A program made the position numbers and the translations under genes. The notes beneath the pieces were generated by a model that saw only the letters and a program-made list of their open reading frames with translations, had not been told where the DNA came from and did not search any database. Shown in pieces: positions 9,034 through 19,040 of a stretch of 43,603 nucleotides of DNA (the first letter of the stretch is position 1; every line of letters begins with the position of its first letter). Where the stretch lies: sequence record SRR2962707_2065. One strand, written 5' to 3'.

Positions 9034-10629
9034 TTATTTCAAATAACGGGCAAGTTCATCGAATTCGAATAAATGTGTAAAATCCAAACTTGATTTTAAC
9101 GCTTTGATTTCTTCATTTATCGCTTTCTCATTTATAAATGAGGCGCCCTCAATGAGACCCTTTGCCAAAGTCGTGCGTAAGTATGAGCCTTGGTCAGTTC
9201 CTCTAGCCCCAGTCAGGACAAAACTGCCAAGACAGGTTATCTTGAAATCGTCGCTGAACTTCGGGCTAAGAATTACAATGCGTAGCGTTTCGCACAAGGT
9301 TTCGGCTGCCCAAAATGGTATCGCACACGCATTGCCTGCCTCACTTGCAGTCGTAGGCGCTTTGTGTGCATTTTGATCGGGCAGCGTGTGATCCAGTTCA
9401 ACCCAGCTTTCAAGGGTTGTCAGTGCTTTGAAAATCAAAGCTTCTTTTAGGTCAGAACCTTCAGACAATTGATTTTCTGGGCGTGTTCTATTTTTAGGAA
9501 GCTCTTCGAGATCTTTGACGAAAAATCGCAAATACATTAACCACATATGGTCCATATGTTCTTGTGTCGCAGCTTGCCGGACAAGGATATCAAAGAAGTG
9601 AATGGCAGAATATGTGATGTCGTCAAAAAGGTCGACACTTTCTTGAGGTGGAGCTTCATTTAGCCGAGCTTGATATGCTTTATTTTCTTTAATTTCCTTA
9701 GTTACGGCATCACCAACTGGCTTCCAGACACCTATTTTAGTTGCAAATTCCACTTGGCCAACAAGAGCATTAAGAAGAGTGCTTTCCTCAGAAATAAAAT
9801 ATCTGTTTAGATTGCGACCGTCTGTCCGCTTGATGTCTTGCCGTAGGTGGCTTTCTTTTTCCACCATGCTTTCGGCAAGGTAGAGATCGCACCAATCATA
9901 GTGGCTATCATAGAAGCGAGTGAAAAGCTGCGCAGCAAATTTCGGTTTAATGGTGTGGAATACATTTCGAACGCCTTTGCTTTTGGCTAAAATATCAATG
10001 ATTAACCGAGCACTATGCGTTTGCCGTTGAAATGAAGGGTGTAACCAACGAAGTGATACGAATATCCAGCGGCTCCACTTTGGACTTCTCCATCTAGGCT
10101 TCTTTTGAAGTCTATCTAAATATTCGTCTGCGGCAACCTTCTTTTCGCTTGCATAGGCAACCCAGTCATATCTTCTAAGCGCCCCAACCGTTCGTTCAAC
10201 ACTATGGCGCAAAACTGGCAAATAAGGCTCAACAAGCTCAAGTAATTCAAGGTAGCGCCTCTCGTCGTGGAGCCTCTCAACCAGAGGCAGAAGTCGTTTT
10301 AACTTTCCCGAATGAGGGCGATCAAAAAGAAATGACAGCCATGCAGCAATCGCCCAAATCAACGTTGCGATGAAAGCGATGTGTGTATTATTTAGTGGAT
10401 CATTCGGATTTCCAAACCCAAGCCCTTCCACCCCAAGTTTATACTCAGCGGGAAGGACATTCAGGATTGGCCCTATAAATTCAAATGGCAGTATAATGAG
10501 AAGAGCGGCGCAGATTAAAAAAACCTGATTTGGCGCATTGATGCGCAGCTTCAAACGCGTGACAGGGTCAAGGACGGCATAGCCCGCTATAAGTAAGCCG
10601 AAAAACGTCAAGAAACCATCTAAACTCAA
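9034..10629 (-). CDS. Hypothetical membrane-anchored protein (about 3 N-terminal TM helices plus a large soluble helical domain)
   Basis: 531-aa ORF with TTG start. Three hydrophobic segments in the first ~105 aa, then hydrophilic helical sequence. Confidence 0.7.
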   Translation of the reverse strand: MSLDGFLTFFGLLIAGYAVLDPVTRLKLRINAPNQVFLICAALLIILPFEFIGPILNVLPAEYKLGVEGLGFGNPNDPLNNTHIAFIATLIWAIAAWLSFLFDRPHSGKLKRLLPLVERLHDERRYLELLELVEPYLPVLRHSVERTVGALRRYDWVAYASEKKVAADEYLDRLQKKPRWRSPKWSRWIFVSLRWLHPSFQRQTHSARLIIDILAKSKGVRNVFHTIKPKFAAQLFTRFYDSHYDWCDLYLAESMVEKESHLRQDIKRTDGRNLNRYFISEESTLLNALVGQVEFATKIGVWKPVGDAVTKEIKENKAYQARLNEAPPQESVDLFDDITYSAIHFFDILVRQAATQEHMDHMWLMYLRFFVKDLEELPKNRTRPENQLSEGSDLKEALIFKALTTLESWVELDHTLPDQNAHKAPTTASEAGNACAIPFWAAETLCETLRIVILSPKFSDDFKITCLGSFVLTGARGTDQGSYLRTTLAKGLIEGASFINEKAINEEIKALKSSLDFTHLFEFDELARYLK

Positions 10630-10774
10630 TGTGCGTTACCTTTTTTGAATAACCGCCGAGTATCACGTCAACCGTAAAAAAGCAGTAGGAAATATGAGCT
10701 TCAAAATTGACTTAAAACGACCAGAAGATAGACTGGGTAGTTAATTGCGATCGTCAACTTTGCGCGCAAAACGC

Positions 10775-11214
10775 TCATTTCAAGCTAGAAAAACTGAGAC
10801 TGCGGGCTTTTAAAGTTACGTCACAAAATTTAGACACGTCGGAAACATCGCTAGTTCTGTGTATTGCGCGCGATGGCACGTAGAGCACAATACCGAAAAG
10901 TCGCTTGCTTTTAGTTCACGAATTTCGTTCGCTTCCATCTCAGCCCAAGGCAAAAGATGATGTAATTCAAATACACTACCCCAGATAGGCTGATCTTTTT
11001 GGGAAATAGAGTAAAAACAAGCCTCGCATTTAAATCCTTTTTCATGAATGAAGCCTCGGTTATTACCCCGTCCTTCCCATCTTTCATGTAGTTTGCGATG
11101 CCTGTAATCAGTCACGCTTTTCTGTCCCGTGGGCAAAGCCGCTTGGTCGTGTGCATATTTCAATGTATTTTTGATCCGCTCTTTTGATGCTTTAGGATAA
11201 ACGGAAGCTCCTTT
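10775..11214 (-). pseudogene. McrA-like HNH endonuclease remnant (5'-truncated and frameshifted)
   Basis: CEAC...FELHHLLPW...LCSTCHR zinc-HNH motifs. Removing 2 nt from the CG run at 10865-10872 restores CHRAIH and reads to TGA at 10775-10777. Upstream the frame hits a stop at ~11215 with no ATG. Confidence 0.7.
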
Positions 11215-11357
11215 CTAAGACAGATATTTCCCAGCGATGGATTTTGCGCTTTTATCGTGCAAAATTGCATTTCCTAGGTTAAACATGAAAACAGAACATT
11301 TCATTCGCCAGACAGAATATTTTAAACACTGCGTCTGGTAAAAAACATGAGGCTTAT

Positions 11358-12095
11358 GTGAATTTGCAAAACGACATTGTAGAAGATCCGGAAAACAGCA
11401 CCCGTGGCGTGGCGGCAGTCAACCGCGCTCTTTCAATTATTTCTGCGCTTGAAGCCAGCAGCATGCCCCGCAATTTATCTGAAATTGCCCGCACCACCGG
11501 ACTATACAAGAGCACAATTTTAAGAATTCTCGAGTCACTTCAAGACGCTGGCTACGTGGCTAGGGTCGAAGAATCCAAATACACTTTAGGTCCAACCATT
11601 GTGCAACTGGCGATGGCCTATGAACGCACGAATCCCCTCCGGCATATCATTTTACCGGTGATGGAGGGACTGGTACAATCAGGCACTGAAAGTCCGTCAT
11701 TTCATGTACGCCAAACTTCAGAAGAGCGGCTATGCTTATTCCGCCTGAACTCTAATCATTCGACATTGGACCGTGTGCGAGCTGGCGATCGAATGCCTAT
11801 GCAGCGCGGGGCAGCTGGCAAAGTCTTGTTGGCTTTTGATTCGCCAGAAGAGCCAACCGAAGAAATGAGCTTAATTCGCGAATCGTGTTTTGCTGTCTCA
11901 CTGGGCGAGCGCGATAAGCTATGTGCAGGCATCGCCGCACCCGTTTTTTCAGGTAAAAATCGACTTGTTGGCGCGCTGTCTTTTTCCGGTCCCAAGGAAC
12001 GCTTTAATCCAGAAGATATCGAGCGCATGAAACAGCAAATATTGAATGCCGCCCGAGAAATTTCTGCTGAGCTGGGCGGCATTTATCCTGTTTGA
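11358..12095 (+). CDS. IclR-family transcriptional regulator
   Basis: N-terminal HTH (AVNRALSII...LSEIARTTGLYKSTILRIL), GAAGKVLLA and GIAAPVF...GALSFSGP effector-domain motifs. Confidence 0.95.
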   Translation: MNLQNDIVEDPENSTRGVAAVNRALSIISALEASSMPRNLSEIARTTGLYKSTILRILESLQDAGYVARVEESKYTLGPTIVQLAMAYERTNPLRHIILPVMEGLVQSGTESPSFHVRQTSEERLCLFRLNSNHSTLDRVRAGDRMPMQRGAAGKVLLAFDSPEEPTEEMSLIRESCFAVSLGERDKLCAGIAAPVFSGKNRLVGALSFSGPKERFNPEDIERMKQQILNAAREISAELGGIYPV

Positions 12096-12114
12096 ACAGT
12101 GATTAGCTCTTGTT

Positions 12115-13590
12115 TTAGACCGCCCAGTAGAGGCTTTTGGACTGTTGGTAAGCACGAAGGCCTTGAAGACCCTTTTCGCGGCCCAATCCGGAGAGCTTAA
12201 AACCGCCAAATGGTGCAGCAATTGACAATTGCTTGTACGTATTGATCCAAATGGTTCCCGCTTCTAAGGCACGAGACACCCGCCAAGCGCGGCGGTAATC
12301 ATTCGTCCAAATTCCGGCAGCAAGTCCAAAGACGCTGTCATTTGCCGCCGCGATAAGCTCAGCTTCGTTTTCGAACGGCATAAAGCAGAGGACGGGTCCA
12401 AAGATTTCTTCTTGTGCGATCGCTGATGAATTATCGATGCTGCCAATGATCGTGGGCATATAATAAGCCCCCTTCTCAAATGTTGCACCTTCGGGCCGCT
12501 TTCCCCCGAATAGAACTTCTCCGCCTTCATCGATACCGCGCTGCACGAACGCCTCAACACGCTCGCGGTGGGCAAAAGAGGCAAGTGGGCCTAAAACACT
12601 CTCACTATTTTCCGGCGGACCGACATGCATTGCCTTTGCTTCGGCAATCAACAACTGTTGGAATTTATCAGCGACACTTTTCTCAACGAATAAACGAGAA
12701 CCTGCAACACAGGACTGTCCTGTACCGCCAAAAATGCCGGACGCGACCGCCTTAGCTGCTTCTTCGAGATTAGCGTCTGCAAAAACGATATGTGGCGACT
12801 TGCCCCCCAATTCGAGAATCAACGGTATCAAACGTTTAGACGCGCCGCGGGCGATACTTTGGCCAGTCGTCGTTCCACCTGTGAAAGAGATAAGGCCAAC
12901 GCCTGGATCTTCAACCAACGCAACTGCGGTTTCTACTTTGCCCGTAATGACAGACACCAAGCCATCTGGAACGCCAGCCGCGACGACACATTGCCCTAAT
13001 GCGAGCGAAACGAATGAAGTTGTCTCTGCCGCTTTAAGAACAATTGCATTACCAGCAGCCAGTGCAGGCGCGATCTTTTGCGCACCCATCGTCAATGGAG
13101 AATTCCAAGGCGTCAATGCAGCCACAACACCAACAGGTTCTTGAACGGTCATCGTAAAATATTCGCCACGCGCAGGCGGCATGGCATCTTCGCTACACTC
13201 ACAAACAGCCGCGTAATAGCGAAAAATATCTGCAGCCATCAGCGCTTGTGTTCGGCTTTCTTTTCGCGTCTTGCCATTTTCTAGCATCTGCAATTCAGCC
13301 AGATGATCGACTTGGCGCTCAATCTCGTCGGCAGCTTTACTTAAGACGCGGGCGCGTTTGTGCGGAGGCAATACGCCCCATCCAGACTTACGCAGCGCCA
13401 AATTGGCATCAGCTATGGTTTGGCTTACTTGCGCCGCACTTGATGTTGCGACCTTTCCAATGAGGCTGCCATCAGCTGGATTGACCACATCCAAAATCTC
13501 CCCGTCACCCTGAACAGGCTTTCCGCAAATTAATACTGGCTCGACGCGGTCAGCGGCGGGCAAACTTGGCGGTAAATCAAACAATGACAT
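12115..13590 (-). CDS. NAD(P)-dependent aldehyde dehydrogenase
   Basis: TPWNSP, FTGGT, LELGGKSP (catalytic Glu), GQSCVAG (catalytic Cys), EEIFGP and PFGGFKLSG. Confidence 0.95.
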   Translation of the reverse strand: MSLFDLPPSLPAADRVEPVLICGKPVQGDGEILDVVNPADGSLIGKVATSSAAQVSQTIADANLALRKSGWGVLPPHKRARVLSKAADEIERQVDHLAELQMLENGKTRKESRTQALMAADIFRYYAAVCECSEDAMPPARGEYFTMTVQEPVGVVAALTPWNSPLTMGAQKIAPALAAGNAIVLKAAETTSFVSLALGQCVVAAGVPDGLVSVITGKVETAVALVEDPGVGLISFTGGTTTGQSIARGASKRLIPLILELGGKSPHIVFADANLEEAAKAVASGIFGGTGQSCVAGSRLFVEKSVADKFQQLLIAEAKAMHVGPPENSESVLGPLASFAHRERVEAFVQRGIDEGGEVLFGGKRPEGATFEKGAYYMPTIIGSIDNSSAIAQEEIFGPVLCFMPFENEAELIAAANDSVFGLAAGIWTNDYRRAWRVSRALEAGTIWINTYKQLSIAAPFGGFKLSGLGREKGLQGLRAYQQSKSLYWAV

Positions 13591-13602
13591 GTGTAATCCT
13601 TT

Positions 13603-14316
13603 TTATACACCCAGATACGCGGCGCGTATTTCCGGACTATCTAATAATTCGCGTCCCGTGCCGGTCATTGTGACTTGACCAGTCTCCAGAACAATTCCGC
13701 TCTCAGCGAGTGATAAAGCCATGTTGGCATTCTGCTCGACCAACAAAACCGTCATGCCTAAATCACGGTTTATCTCGACGATGATTTTGCCCAATTCTGC
13801 GACAATGATCGGCGCAATACCCAGTGATGGTTCGTCCAATAAAAGTAGTTTCGGCTGCGCCATTAAAGCGCGACCTATCGCAGCCATCTGTTGCTCGCCC
13901 CCTGAAAGGGAGCCAGCCATTTGGCGCCGACGTTCTTTAAGGCGAGGGAAATAACCGTAGACGCGACTAAGCATATCGCGGCGGTCGGCAGCATTGGACA
14001 CCGTATAGGCGCCCATTTGCAGGTTCTCTTCAACGCTCAAACGTCCAAAGAGCCTGCGACCTTCCGGTGCCATAGCAACGCCCAGCTTTAATGCGTCGCC
14101 CGGCCGCGGATTGACGAGTTCTCCGCCGACGCTGACAGAACCGCTGGTAGGCACAACCAAGCCGCAAATGGTTTTTAGAACAGTGCTTTTGCCCGCTCCA
14201 TTTGAGCCCACTAACGCTGCGATCTGGCCAGCGGCCACGTCAAAACTAACGTCGTGAAGTGCTTCAACCGGCCCATAACTCACACTGATATTTTTAACTG
14301 AGAGATTGCTAGACAT
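13603..14316 (-). CDS. Branched-chain-amino-acid-type (HAAT) ABC transporter ATPase, LivF-like
   Basis: GSNGAGKST, LSGGEQQM and LLLLDEPSLG. Probable start is ATG 14316, overlapping the upstream gene end. Confidence 0.93.
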   Translation of the reverse strand: MSSNLSVKNISVSYGPVEALHDVSFDVAAGQIAALVGSNGAGKSTVLKTICGLVVPTSGSVSVGGELVNPRPGDALKLGVAMAPEGRRLFGRLSVEENLQMGAYTVSNAADRRDMLSRVYGYFPRLKERRRQMAGSLSGGEQQMAAIGRALMAQPKLLLLDEPSLGIAPIIVAELGKIIVEINRDLGMTVLLVEQNANMALSLAESGIVLETGQVTMTGTGRELLDSPEIRAAYLGV

Positions 14317-15082
14317 TTTCTTCAGCTCCCAAATATGCCTCAATCACACGCGGATTGTTTTGCACTTCTTTTGGCGTGCCCTGAGCGATCTTCTCGCCGT
14401 GATCGAGCACGACAATCCGATCACAGACCCGCATGATCAGCCGCATGTGATGCTCCACGATCAATATTGAGAGATTGAATTTGTCCTTAAGCACGCCGAT
14501 CATAGAGCTAAAATGGTCGACCTCTTCTGGGTTAAGTCCAGCAGCAGGTTCGTCGAGCAAAAGAAGCGCGGGTTTGGTTGCCAATCCTATGGCAACGCCC
14601 AACCGTTTTTGATGGCCATAGGCAAGTGTTCCTGCTTCGCGATCAGCGTGACGGGTGAGATCCAAAGCCTCCATCACTTCACCGACTGTTTGATCTGCAG
14701 CAATCAAAGCCCGCTTTGATGCGTCACCGCCAAGGACCATCTGCACAACGCTCAACTTGTGACGTAGCAATGCGCCGCGTAGAATGTTCTCTCGTACGGT
14801 AGCTTTTGGAAAAGTCGTCGCCGATTGAAACGTGCGCGCAAGCCCACTCTCCACCACACGGTGTGGTGCCAGCCCTGTAATTGACTTATCTTGAAAAATC
14901 ACTTTTCCAGAAGTCGCGGGCAACGTTCCCGTGATCAAATTGAAGCAAGTCGTCTTTCCGGCGCCGTTAGGTCCGATGAGGCCCGTCACCTCTCCCTGGT
15001 TAGCCTCAAAGTTAACATCGGATAGCGCAGTAAGGCCGCCAAACTGCTTCGTCAGATTTTGCAATTGGAGAATGACTGTCAT
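14309..15082 (-). CDS. HAAT ABC transporter ATPase, LivG-like
   Basis: GPNGAGKTT, LAYGHQKRL, LLLDEPAAG and VIEAYLG. ATG 15082 is coupled to the upstream TGA. Confidence 0.93.
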   Translation of the reverse strand: MTVILQLQNLTKQFGGLTALSDVNFEANQGEVTGLIGPNGAGKTTCFNLITGTLPATSGKVIFQDKSITGLAPHRVVESGLARTFQSATTFPKATVRENILRGALLRHKLSVVQMVLGGDASKRALIAADQTVGEVMEALDLTRHADREAGTLAYGHQKRLGVAIGLATKPALLLLDEPAAGLNPEEVDHFSSMIGVLKDKFNLSILIVEHHMRLIMRVCDRIVVLDHGEKIAQGTPKEVQNNPRVIEAYLGAEENV

Positions 15083-16053
15083 TTCGATGACCTCCACATT
15101 TGGTTTATTTTATGTGGCAATGCGGTGAGGCCATCAGGTAAGAAACGAAGCACAGCGATCAGAACCACACCGTAGATTATGTGTTGATATTCTTGGGCAC
15201 CGCGCAGAAATTCTGGCAATGGTGTTAGGAAAATTGCCCCGATCAAAGGACCGGCCAATAATAGCCGCCCGCCAGTAACGAGGATAATCACGTAGGAAAC
15301 AGATAACTGGAAAGCAAAGCTCTCCGGCGAAATGAACCCGATATAATGGGCCATGATTGCACCTGTAAAACCTGCTATTGCGCTGCCGATCACGAAGGCC
15401 ATGTTCTGCGTGCGGGCAGTTGGTATACCTGACGCTTCTGCAAGATCTAGGTTTTCTTCAACGGCTGCAAAGCGGCGTCCGAGCGGACCACGTTTAATCA
15501 TCCATAAGAAACCCATCACAAATGCGAGCATTACCAATGTGAAGATATAAACATCAGACTGTTGCTGCAGCTCCAAGCCAAAAATATTGATTTTAGGAAT
15601 GCCCGCTATACCGCTTGAGCCGCCAGAAACAGACGGGAACTCAAGCATTACAAGCCGGAAAAGTTCATTGAGTGCAAAGGTAATGAGCACGAAATAGACG
15701 CCGCGCAATCGCAGCAATGGAGTTCCGATAATATAAGCGATGGCGCCAGCTACCAAAGCAGCAGCAGGCAAACCGAACATGAATGGCACGCCCAACCGTG
15801 TGACAAGCAACACGCTTGTATAAGCACCAATACCGACAAAAGCGCCATGAGCCAGCGATAACTGACCAACCCACGCAACAGTCGCTAATCCAGCAGCAGC
15901 CATCGCGCCCAAGCACACCATAATGGCAATATGAAAATGAAATATACTGCCCGTAAACCAAGGAATTAAAGCGATCAGAACCAGTGCTGCTGTGTATCCA
16001 ATCACAGGGAAGCCAAGGCGGTTTTCTTTCCGACTTTCTACTAATTCACTCAT
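15079..16053 (-). CDS. HAAT ABC transporter permease, LivM-like
   Basis: Multi-TM protein with GQLSLAHGAF and LRLRGVYFVLIT motifs. Confidence 0.92.
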   Translation of the reverse strand: MSELVESRKENRLGFPVIGYTAALVLIALIPWFTGSIFHFHIAIMVCLGAMAAAGLATVAWVGQLSLAHGAFVGIGAYTSVLLVTRLGVPFMFGLPAAALVAGAIAYIIGTPLLRLRGVYFVLITFALNELFRLVMLEFPSVSGGSSGIAGIPKINIFGLELQQQSDVYIFTLVMLAFVMGFLWMIKRGPLGRRFAAVEENLDLAEASGIPTARTQNMAFVIGSAIAGFTGAIMAHYIGFISPESFAFQLSVSYVIILVTGGRLLLAGPLIGAIFLTPLPEFLRGAQEYQHIIYGVVLIAVLRFLPDGLTALPHKINQMWRSSK

Positions 16054-16913
16054 GCCTCACCTCGTCCCAAAATACCGGATGGGCGCACAAGTAAAACACC
16101 CACAACAAGTGCAAAGGTAACGATATCGGCGGCAGATGCGCTCACGAAGGAGCTTGTGAAACTTTCGATAAGTCCCAACAATAGCGCAGCCAGCGCGGCA
16201 CCTGGAATAGAACCCAAACCGCCAAGAATTACGACGATAAACGCCTTTAGCAATGGCGTTGCGCCAATAAAGGGTGAAACGCCAAACAAAGGCGCCATCA
16301 AACCGCCGGCGACAGCTGCGAGAGCCACGCCAATGCCAAGTCCCAACGGATACATAATTTCCAAGCGTACGCCGTATAACGCCGCAACTTGTTGATCTTG
16401 GACAAGCGCGCGCAAACCGCGTCCAAACCGAGTGTGCATCAAAAGGAAATAGAAGCCCGACAAAATAACGACAGCAACACCAAGCGTCAGCGCGCGAGAT
16501 TTGGGAACAATAAGATCGCCAAACCGGAAAACGCCGGACACCATAGATGGGAATGCTTGTGGATCTGGACCAAACAGGATGAGTGCCCCGTTTTGTAAAA
16601 TCATTGCCAGTCCTAATGACGCGATCATGCCTGACAATTCATCGGATCTAAATGGTCGGAAAACCAATCTTTCGGCGAACGCGCCAAGAAGAATAGCGAT
16701 ACCTACGGTGAGCGCTAAAGTCACGGCATAGGGCAAACCTAGCCAAGTAACGCCGATCAGCGTTAGAAAAGCGCCGATCATGTAGAACTCGCCATGGGCA
16801 AAATTCACGATCCGCATCACGCCAAATACTAAGGTAAAGCCGATTGCCATCATCAGATACAAAGTACCCAGAATTATGCCATTAATCAGCGATTGTGCGA
16901 TTAAGAAACTCAC
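16050..16913 (-). CDS. HAAT ABC transporter permease, LivH-like
   Basis: GFTLVFGVMRIVNFAHGEF and LGGLGSIPG motifs. Confidence 0.93.
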   Translation of the reverse strand: MSFLIAQSLINGIILGTLYLMMAIGFTLVFGVMRIVNFAHGEFYMIGAFLTLIGVTWLGLPYAVTLALTVGIAILLGAFAERLVFRPFRSDELSGMIASLGLAMILQNGALILFGPDPQAFPSMVSGVFRFGDLIVPKSRALTLGVAVVILSGFYFLLMHTRFGRGLRALVQDQQVAALYGVRLEIMYPLGLGIGVALAAVAGGLMAPLFGVSPFIGATPLLKAFIVVILGGLGSIPGAALAALLLGLIESFTSSFVSASAADIVTFALVVGVLLVRPSGILGRGEA

Positions 16914-16935
16914 GTAAGGAACCTTTCTTCAGAGG

Positions 16936-16963
16936 TGCTGCGCGATAGAAATATCGCGCAGCA
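16936..16963 (-). terminator. Intra-operon hairpin downstream of the ABC binding-protein gene (mRNA stabiliser or partial terminator)
   Basis: Perfect 12-bp stem TGCTGCGCGATA-GAAA-TATCGCGCAGCA, with no adjoining U-tract. Confidence 0.7.
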
Positions 16964-16972
16964 TTCTAATGT

Positions 16973-18142
16973 TTATTCGCAACCTGCTGTGGTGCATTTC
17001 GCAACGATCACTTCGCTGCCACCCTCAACTCGCGCAATATAGAAAGGGGAATCAAGCTGATGCGCAATTCCGTATGTTTCTTTGCCAGTCCAGTTCATGG
17101 TGCCAAGCACACCCTCGTAGTTGCTGATGTTTTCCATCGCTGTTTTCACGGCATCTGTGTCATCCACAGTGCCAGCAGTTTGAATGGCCTGTAGAAGCAT
17201 CTTGGTTCCGTCATAGAAAAACGGAGAAAAGCCGTTCATCGCCTCACCATAAGTGTCGGTGTAGCGTTGCTGATAGGCTGCCGCTGTTGCAACTTCCGGG
17301 TTAAATGCAGAATGAACAAACATGCCTTCTGTGGCCGTTTCACCAGCTACATTGACAATTTCCTGCGTAGCTGGACCGCCAGTGCGAATGATGACACCTT
17401 CAAACCCAATGTCGCGCGCTTGCTGCACAATCTGACCGGCTGTTACCGGCGAGTTACCATCGAGCTCGATCGCATCCACACCCTGCGCAACGATACGCGT
17501 CAAAAGCGGAATGAAATCGACGCGGTCACGTTCGAAAAACTCAGTCGAGGTTAAATCAGCGCCCGCTTTTTTGTATGCCGCACCAATGTCTTTCGCAATT
17601 GCTTCGCCAGTTTCGTCATTAGGAAACAATGCACCTACGGTTTTGATATTCTGAGTTTTAACCAGCCAGTCGATTTGTGGCTGAGCAACTTCTGCAGTCG
17701 TTGGGTTTGGACGGAAAGTATACGGTTTTTCAGGAGACAACGCCTGTGCAGTAAAACCAAGCGTCATGGTAATCACACCGTTTTCTTCGGTGATTGGCTG
17801 AATAGCCAATATCGGCGCTGAACCGACTGTACCGATAATGTATTTTACCTTGTCTTCGAATACGAGGCGATTGGCAGCTGTAACAGCTTCGTTTGCTTTA
17901 TAACCATCATCGTAAGCGATGACTTCAACTTTATATCGCGTTCCTGCAACTTCAAGACCGCCATCTTTGTTTGCATCTTCAGCCGCAAGTTCTGCGGCAC
18001 GCAACATGCCATTACCCCAACTAGCGCCTGCACCAGATTGCGTTACCAGCGCTCCAATTTTGAGCGTCTGTTCCTGCGACATCGCTGTGCCTGTCATTAA
18101 AGCCAGAGCGGATACAGCTCCTATAAGTACTAGATTCTTCAT
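16973..18142 (-). CDS. HAAT ABC transporter periplasmic substrate-binding protein
   Basis: ATG 18142 after GGGAGG. Signal peptide, then LKIGAL...INxxGG-like and IAYDDGY motifs of the Liv/PBP type 1 fold. Confidence 0.92.
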   Translation of the reverse strand: MKNLVLIGAVSALALMTGTAMSQEQTLKIGALVTQSGAGASWGNGMLRAAELAAEDANKDGGLEVAGTRYKVEVIAYDDGYKANEAVTAANRLVFEDKVKYIIGTVGSAPILAIQPITEENGVITMTLGFTAQALSPEKPYTFRPNPTTAEVAQPQIDWLVKTQNIKTVGALFPNDETGEAIAKDIGAAYKKAGADLTSTEFFERDRVDFIPLLTRIVAQGVDAIELDGNSPVTAGQIVQQARDIGFEGVIIRTGGPATQEIVNVAGETATEGMFVHSAFNPEVATAAAYQQRYTDTYGEAMNGFSPFFYDGTKMLLQAIQTAGTVDDTDAVKTAMENISNYEGVLGTMNWTGKETYGIAHQLDSPFYIARVEGGSEVIVAKCTTAGCE

Positions 18143-18158
18143 ATTCAGTCCTCCCATT

Positions 18159-19040
18159 TCATCGATTTTGGTCGTGTTGCCGAGTCAAACGGCTGTTCGC
18201 CGCAATCTGCTCCAGAACTGGATGCAAATATTTGGCAAATTGTGTGTAGTTTTCACTCATCGGGAAATGCCCCAACCGCTCCATGACAACCGCCTGACAC
18301 CCATCGATGGCATCGGCGGTCGCAAGCGTATCGGCCGGACGGCAGGAATAATCATATTCGCCGGTCAGCAGCCAAAGTGGGCATCGTTTTGTGTCAATTC
18401 TGGTAATTACGTCGCTCAAATTGCCGTCGACGCGATAAAACCAAAGGTCACCTTTAAATACGCCGGGGCCGCCTTGCATATAATGCCAAAGTGTTTCGTG
18501 GCGTTCGATTTGCGGACCTCCCGGCGCGATTAAGCCCGATACCAGTGCCGCGCAAACTTCACCGCCATGAACATCGGCGCGGTGCAGCCAATCGGTATCG
18601 TACCAAGGGTCCTGCCATGCTGCGCCCTGCGCACCAATCAGCCCACAAAAACGATCAGGATGATCAGCAGCCAATTGCAACACAATACGTCCGCCGATTG
18701 AACATCCGAGCACCGCCGGACGATCAAGTTCTAATGCTTCGCTGACGGCAAGTATCATCTCGACATAGGCTTGCGTCGAAAGCTTGTATTCCTCATCCTG
18801 CCATCCTTCAGGCGGACTGGATTTACCATGCCAAGGCATATCGAATGCAATGACCCTAAATTTATCAGTGATGGATTCATCGAGCATCATGCCGCGATAC
18901 TGACGGGCATCTGCTCCAGCCGTATGCAAACATAATACGGGAATTCCTTTACCGGCTTCCTCAATATAAATCCGATGCGCCGACCCACTTATATTTACCG
19001 ATAAATAACGCCCAATTATCGGTTCGAAATCAACACTCAT
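18159..19040 (-). CDS. Alpha/beta-fold hydrolase
   Basis: LHTAG oxyanion region, FDMPWHGKS, nucleophile elbow GCSIGG, GEYD acid and GHFP His. Confidence 0.9.
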   Translation of the reverse strand: MSVDFEPIIGRYLSVNISGSAHRIYIEEAGKGIPVLCLHTAGADARQYRGMMLDESITDKFRVIAFDMPWHGKSSPPEGWQDEEYKLSTQAYVEMILAVSEALELDRPAVLGCSIGGRIVLQLAADHPDRFCGLIGAQGAAWQDPWYDTDWLHRADVHGGEVCAALVSGLIAPGGPQIERHETLWHYMQGGPGVFKGDLWFYRVDGNLSDVITRIDTKRCPLWLLTGEYDYSCRPADTLATADAIDGCQAVVMERLGHFPMSENYTQFAKYLHPVLEQIAANSRLTRQHDQNR

